From Chthonomonadales bacterium (GTDB lineage Bacteria > Armatimonadota > Chthonomonadetes > Chthonomonadales > CAJBBX01), in NCBI GenBank assembly GCA_049967475.1, contig JBMFSQ010000010.1:1-64000 (forward strand): a stretch of 64,000 nucleotides of DNA. The letters run 5' to 3'. The notes beneath the pieces were generated by a model, which saw nothing but the letters and a program-made list of their open reading frames with translations, did not search any database and had not been told where the DNA came from. How positions within the stretch are numbered: position 1 is the stretch's first letter; each line of letters starts with the position of its first letter. Of the stretch, positions 59,853 through 64,000 are shown in pieces. Both the position numbers and the translations under genes were made by a program.

Positions 59853-60803
59853 GTGAAGCTCCCAGTCACCCAGACGGCTCCAGATACCGGCCGCCCGCTT
59901 TCGCGGCCCGGCGGCGGTATATCTTGGGCTCTCGTGGAAGGACTGCGCCCGAAGCAATGGACCAAGAACGCCTTTGTGTTCGCGGCCCTCGTCTTCACCA
60001 ACAACATCCCCCTTTCGTTCCAAGATCGCCACCGCTGGCACATGCTTGGCCTTACCATGGGGGCATTCGTTCTGTTTTGCATGGTGTCGGGTGCCGTATA
60101 CCTTTTGAACGATGTAGCAGATCGCGACCAAGACCGCGTCCATCCGCAGAAGCGCCACCGACCCGTGGCATCCGGAAGGCTCCCCGTGGGCGTAGCCGTA
60201 TTCTGGGCCGTCCTGCTGGGAGCAGGTGGAATTGCGATCGCCTTTCGCTTGAACCTTCCCTTTGGGCTGATCACGTTGGGGTACTTTGCGCTGCAGCTTG
60301 CTTACACGTTCGTGTTGAAACACGAGGTTCTCATTGATGTGTTTGCAATTGCTGCCGGCTTCGTTCTCCGGGCTGCGGCGGGAGCATTAGCAATCAGCGT
60401 GCCGATTTCCGTTTGGCTCCTTATCTGCACTCTGCAGCTTGCACTCTTCCTGGGTTTCGGCAAGCGCCGCCATGAACTCATTGCGCTTGCGCACGAAGCG
60501 CGCAACCACCGCCGCAACCTCCAGCATTACACGGTCAATCTGCTGGACCAGATGATGGCCATCGTGTTGGCGGCCCTGGTGGTCTGCTACGCGATCTACA
60601 CCATCATGTCGCCCACAGCATCGCAGCATCCACTCCTCGTAATTACCTTGGTGAATGTGTTGTATGGTGTTTTCCGGTATCTTTACCTGGTTCAGGTGGA
60701 ACACAAGGGCGGTTCCCCCGAGGCGATCCTCATGGAGGATCGCCCTATGCAGATTAATCTGCTCGCCTGGATTGCGGAAGTTCTCGTTTCATTCAAGGTA
60801 TAG
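59853..60803 (+). CDS. UbiA family decaprenyl-phosphate phosphoribosyltransferase-like membrane protein
   Basis: LRPKQWTKN, YLLND..D...D..HP.K..RP.ASG, GFVLRA, GKRR.EL, FRYL, GGSPE. Confidence 0.88.
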   Translation: MKLPVTQTAPDTGRPLSRPGGGISWALVEGLRPKQWTKNAFVFAALVFTNNIPLSFQDRHRWHMLGLTMGAFVLFCMVSGAVYLLNDVADRDQDRVHPQKRHRPVASGRLPVGVAVFWAVLLGAGGIAIAFRLNLPFGLITLGYFALQLAYTFVLKHEVLIDVFAIAAGFVLRAAAGALAISVPISVWLLICTLQLALFLGFGKRRHELIALAHEARNHRRNLQHYTVNLLDQMMAIVLAALVVCYAIYTIMSPTASQHPLLVITLVNVLYGVFRYLYLVQVEHKGGSPEAILMEDRPMQINLLAWIAEVLVSFKV

Positions 60804-60820
60804 ATGCGGATCCAAGCGCC

Positions 60821-61711
60821 ATGAGAGTATTGGTAACAGGATCAGGAGGAATGCTCGGAAGGGAAGTGTGCACCGCACTGCTTCGGCGCGGGTACGAGGT
60901 TGTGCCGGCCGGGCTGCGGCGCGGGGAAGTTTTGCAAGATCTTGCCGAAATCGAGGGCACGGTGCGTATGGTGCAGGCAGCACAACCCGACGTAGTAATC
61001 CATTGCGCTGCCTACACCGACGTAGATGGGGCCGAGGAGGATCCCGCCACCGCATTCCGCGTGAACGCAACAGGCACGTGGAACCTTGCCATCGCCTGCT
61101 GCCGAAAAGATGTGCCGCTCTGCGCAATCAGCACCGATTTCGTCTTCGACGGCCTCAAGCCGGACCCCTATACGGAATGGGACGAACCGCGCCCCATCAA
61201 CGTATACGGCGCGTCTAAGCTCGCAGCCGAGCGCGCCATTCGAGAGGTATGGCCCAAACACTGGATCGTGCGCACAGCCTGGCTCTACGGCGTACACGGC
61301 CGATGCTTCCCAGAAGCCGTCCTTGCCGCCGCGGAACGCGAGCATACCCTGAACGTGGTGGCCGACCAAACCGGTTCTCCTACGTACGCCGGCGACCTGG
61401 CCGCCGCTCTGGCAGCATTGATCTCCACACCTTACTTTGGCACGTACCACATTGCGAACTCCGGACGGGCAACGCGCTACGAATTTGCCAAGGCCATTCT
61501 TCAAATGGCGCATGGAGCATCCGCGGCAGTACATCCCATCGTGTCTTCCGACCGCCCGAGCCCTGCGCGGCGGCCGCGAAACTCGGCTTTGGCCTCGGCG
61601 CGGGAGGAAGTGCCGGGATACGGCCCCATGCGCCCATGGCCCCAAGCCCTTGCCGAGTACATCCGCGAGCGTGCACACTCCAAGAACGGAGAGGATCCCC
61701 GTTGTTGCTGA
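60821..61711 (+). CDS. rfbD: dTDP-4-dehydrorhamnose reductase
   Basis: TGSGGMLG, AAYTDVD.AE, STDFVFDG, YGASK, DQ.GSPT. Confidence 0.95.
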   Translation: MRVLVTGSGGMLGREVCTALLRRGYEVVPAGLRRGEVLQDLAEIEGTVRMVQAAQPDVVIHCAAYTDVDGAEEDPATAFRVNATGTWNLAIACCRKDVPLCAISTDFVFDGLKPDPYTEWDEPRPINVYGASKLAAERAIREVWPKHWIVRTAWLYGVHGRCFPEAVLAAAEREHTLNVVADQTGSPTYAGDLAAALAALISTPYFGTYHIANSGRATRYEFAKAILQMAHGASAAVHPIVSSDRPSPARRPRNSALASAREEVPGYGPMRPWPQALAEYIRERAHSKNGEDPRCC

Positions 61712-63411
61712 GTCTTCCTATAGCCCGCCACCGAATAGTCTGGCTCTCTCACGCCATTCTTCCTGTTGCACTTACCTCCACAATGACGCTCTTGCCCTAC
61801 ACCGCCCGTTGCCAGCCAAATGTGCCCCCTGTTGGCCGAACCATCACGACCGACCTCGGGCTGGAAGGACGCGTTCTTTGGGTAGACGGCGCCGCTAATC
61901 TCGACCGAACCACGAACCTCGCCGGCGTGCAGGACATCGTACGCCGCTGTAAGCAGGCCAACATTTCTACCATTGTCGTAGACGTGAAGCCGGTAGTAGG
62001 CCAGGTGCTCTACAACAGCAAGATCGCCCCGCGCCTGCGGGTGTGGCAGGGCCGGCCCGTGCCTGATTTCGACGTGCTGCAAGCCTTCGTGGATGAAGGC
62101 CATCGTGCTGGAATTGAGGTCGCCGCAGCGCTCAACGTCTTTTCGGAAGGGCACAAGTACGTCCGGCAAGGATTTGCCTACACAAAGCCGCAGTGGCAGT
62201 CGGTGTCTTACTCGGCCACGCACGCGTTAGTTGCCTCTGACGGATCCCGCCTGCCTGTGCGGGCTCCTTCCGACCCTTTGGATCCTGCTGCGGCCGTTGT
62301 TTATGGGGAAGATCATCTCATTCTGCCGAGCGGCACTCCTGGGGAACGCCTCGCGGTACAGCTCGATAACCAAGGCCGCGTGGCGGGAGCGATGGACCCT
62401 TCTCTCCTCGACGATGAACCGCTCTCGGCTCCGGAGGACGGACGCCTGGTTCTGTTCGAGGGCTCGAGCCTCGACTGGGCGAGCACGCATCTGCACGTAG
62501 GCGACACCGTTCGTTTCGACGTACAGTCCCGCCTCATCCCTATCGCGGATGACGCCATGGAAAGGGTGGCCGTCTTCGTGAACCCGGTGCTTCCAGACGT
62601 ATCCGCCTACGAGCTCTCCCTGTTGGAAGAGGTGGCCCGCAACTATCCCGTTGATGCCATCGTGCTGGACCGGATGCGCTACGCCAATCTCTATAATGAC
62701 TTCAGCCCTGCCACCCAGGCGGCTTTCCAACAGTGGCTGGGTAAACCCGTAGCCCATTGGCCTCAGGACGTCTTCAGCTTCGATCCTGTGCCGGGCGAAC
62801 CGATCCATCCGGGACCCCTGTTCAAACCCTTCCTTGAATTTCGCGCCGCCACCATCCGCCGGTTCCTCAAGCTGGCAAGTGCGCGCCTCCGGGCCATCCG
62901 CCCGAAGCTGCAGATTGCAGCTTATGTGGGCTCGTGGTACGCGGATTACTACCCTGTGGGCGTCAATTGGGGAAGCGAAAAGTATCCCGTTCCCTACACG
63001 TGGGCCTCGGACGGGTACAGCGGCACAGGATACGCCGAATTTCTGGACTGGCTCAGCACCGGTTGCTATTACCCTATCCCCACGCGGGAAGACGCCCGCA
63101 GCTTGGGCAAGGACGAGGGAGCCACGGTGGAAGCAGCCGCGGACCTTTCGGTTCAAGCCGTACAGAGTGCAACACCCGTCTACGCGGGCATTTATGCTTT
63201 GGACTACGCGTCGCGGCCCGATGATTTTGCCAAAGCCATCCAGGCCGCGCGCCAGCACGCGCAGGGCGTGATGATCTTTGATGTATCCTATTTGTATGAT
63301 TACGGGTGGTGGCCGATCCTGGACAAGGCATTCGCCGAACCTGCCTTGGCACCGCACCAGGTGCAGAATCTCACGGCCGAGATCCGCTGCGTTGTGGATC
63401 AGCTTCGGTAA
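61702..63411 (+). CDS. GHL10-like glycoside hydrolase, probably exported
   Basis: GRVLWVD..AN, VVDVKP, FVNP..P.V, Y.VD.IVLDRMRY, GVNW, G.YY; TTG start after GGAGAGG. Confidence 0.75.
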   Translation: MLLSLPIARHRIVWLSHAILPVALTSTMTLLPYTARCQPNVPPVGRTITTDLGLEGRVLWVDGAANLDRTTNLAGVQDIVRRCKQANISTIVVDVKPVVGQVLYNSKIAPRLRVWQGRPVPDFDVLQAFVDEGHRAGIEVAAALNVFSEGHKYVRQGFAYTKPQWQSVSYSATHALVASDGSRLPVRAPSDPLDPAAAVVYGEDHLILPSGTPGERLAVQLDNQGRVAGAMDPSLLDDEPLSAPEDGRLVLFEGSSLDWASTHLHVGDTVRFDVQSRLIPIADDAMERVAVFVNPVLPDVSAYELSLLEEVARNYPVDAIVLDRMRYANLYNDFSPATQAAFQQWLGKPVAHWPQDVFSFDPVPGEPIHPGPLFKPFLEFRAATIRRFLKLASARLRAIRPKLQIAAYVGSWYADYYPVGVNWGSEKYPVPYTWASDGYSGTGYAEFLDWLSTGCYYPIPTREDARSLGKDEGATVEAAADLSVQAVQSATPVYAGIYALDYASRPDDFAKAIQAARQHAQGVMIFDVSYLYDYGWWPILDKAFAEPALAPHQVQNLTAEIRCVVDQLR

Positions 63412-64000
63412 GTTTGGGCTTTTTGCGTCAGCGGGGATTAGTGCGCTCGCATTTCCGTGCGCGCCATCATACGCCGCTCTGCAGGAGAGCAGCGAGGTTT
63501 ATCGCATCAGGATCGTCAACACGGCATTGGGCCCCGTGCAAATCAGCACCGACAGGGGAAAATCGTGGCTGCTGATCGGCCGCGTATCCATCCCGGCCAC
63601 GGATACGGCCCCCGGTGGGGCCTCTGCCGGAGGCACTGTGCTCCGCACGAACCCCTATGGCACGGCCATCAATGTGGGGGGCGGGCGCATCCTCCGGATC
63701 CTCCCAAACGTCCACACCAAGAGAAGATCCCACGCCGATATCCACCTGAATGTGCCCCCAACCGCTGCCCTCGTCAAGGATTTCCTGCCGCCGCCGGGCT
63801 CCACGGTCCTCTGGTCGGGGCGCATAGGTGAAACTCCCAAGCCGATGCCGCCGGGATACATGCCTCGGGATGGGGATGTGCTCACGCTTATTGCGTACAC
63901 AACCTCAATGCCACGCAGCCATATCGGTGCCTACGCCGCCGATGCTGCCAAGTACTACCGGGATCAGGCCCTGGCTCGGTTGAGGGCGGCCGGCAGACAC
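63392..64000 (+). CDS. Hypothetical exported protein, truncated at window end
   Basis: Open frame not in the ORF track: (M)WISFGKFGLFASAGISALAFPCAPSYA-ALQESSEVYRIRIVNTALGPVQISTDRGKSWLLIGRV..., with no stop before 64000; start approximate. Confidence 0.6.
   Translation, partial: MWISFGKFGLFASAGISALAFPCAPSYAALQESSEVYRIRIVNTALGPVQISTDRGKSWLLIGRVSIPATDTAPGGASAGGTVLRTNPYGTAINVGGGRILRILPNVHTKRRSHADIHLNVPPTAALVKDFLPPPGSTVLWSGRIGETPKPMPPGYMPRDGDVLTLIAYTTSMPRSHIGAYAADAAKYYRDQALARLRAAGRH

Overview
GC-rich bacterial chromosomal window of mostly housekeeping genes. The organism is probably Armatimonadota, inferred from the stand-alone prepilin-like gene and overall gene content; this is not verified. 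In order: a TPP-riboswitch-controlled thiamine operon on the minus strand (thiC-thiG-tenI-like-thiS-thiO-thiD/thiE fusion); several singletons; pckG; hisS-aspS; a complete trpE/G/D/C/F/B/A cluster interrupted by four unrelated genes; recO, a Thermotoga-type RNase Z and DUF92; a prepilin-like gene; a DtxR-family regulator heading a feo operon with split FeoB and an uncalled 7-Cys mini-protein; a gap-pgk-tpiA cluster with inserted genes and a highly structured gap leader; an ABC exporter/DUF1854 pair; a GH29 fucosidase; a frameshifted TIM-barrel isomerase; a foldase; rsmI; and a surface-glycan cluster (galE, rmlA/C/B/D, hldC, hldA, DPPR-synthase-like UbiA, GHL10-like hydrolase). No tRNA, rRNA, CRISPR array, transposase or phage gene was seen. 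The best candidate for undescribed biology is an uncharacterised deoxyhypusine-synthase-fold protein between the two halves of ADP-heptose synthase, possibly an alternative heptose epimerase or isomerase. Next are the non-canonical Feo system and the gap leader. All calls are by eye from motifs; no searches were run.
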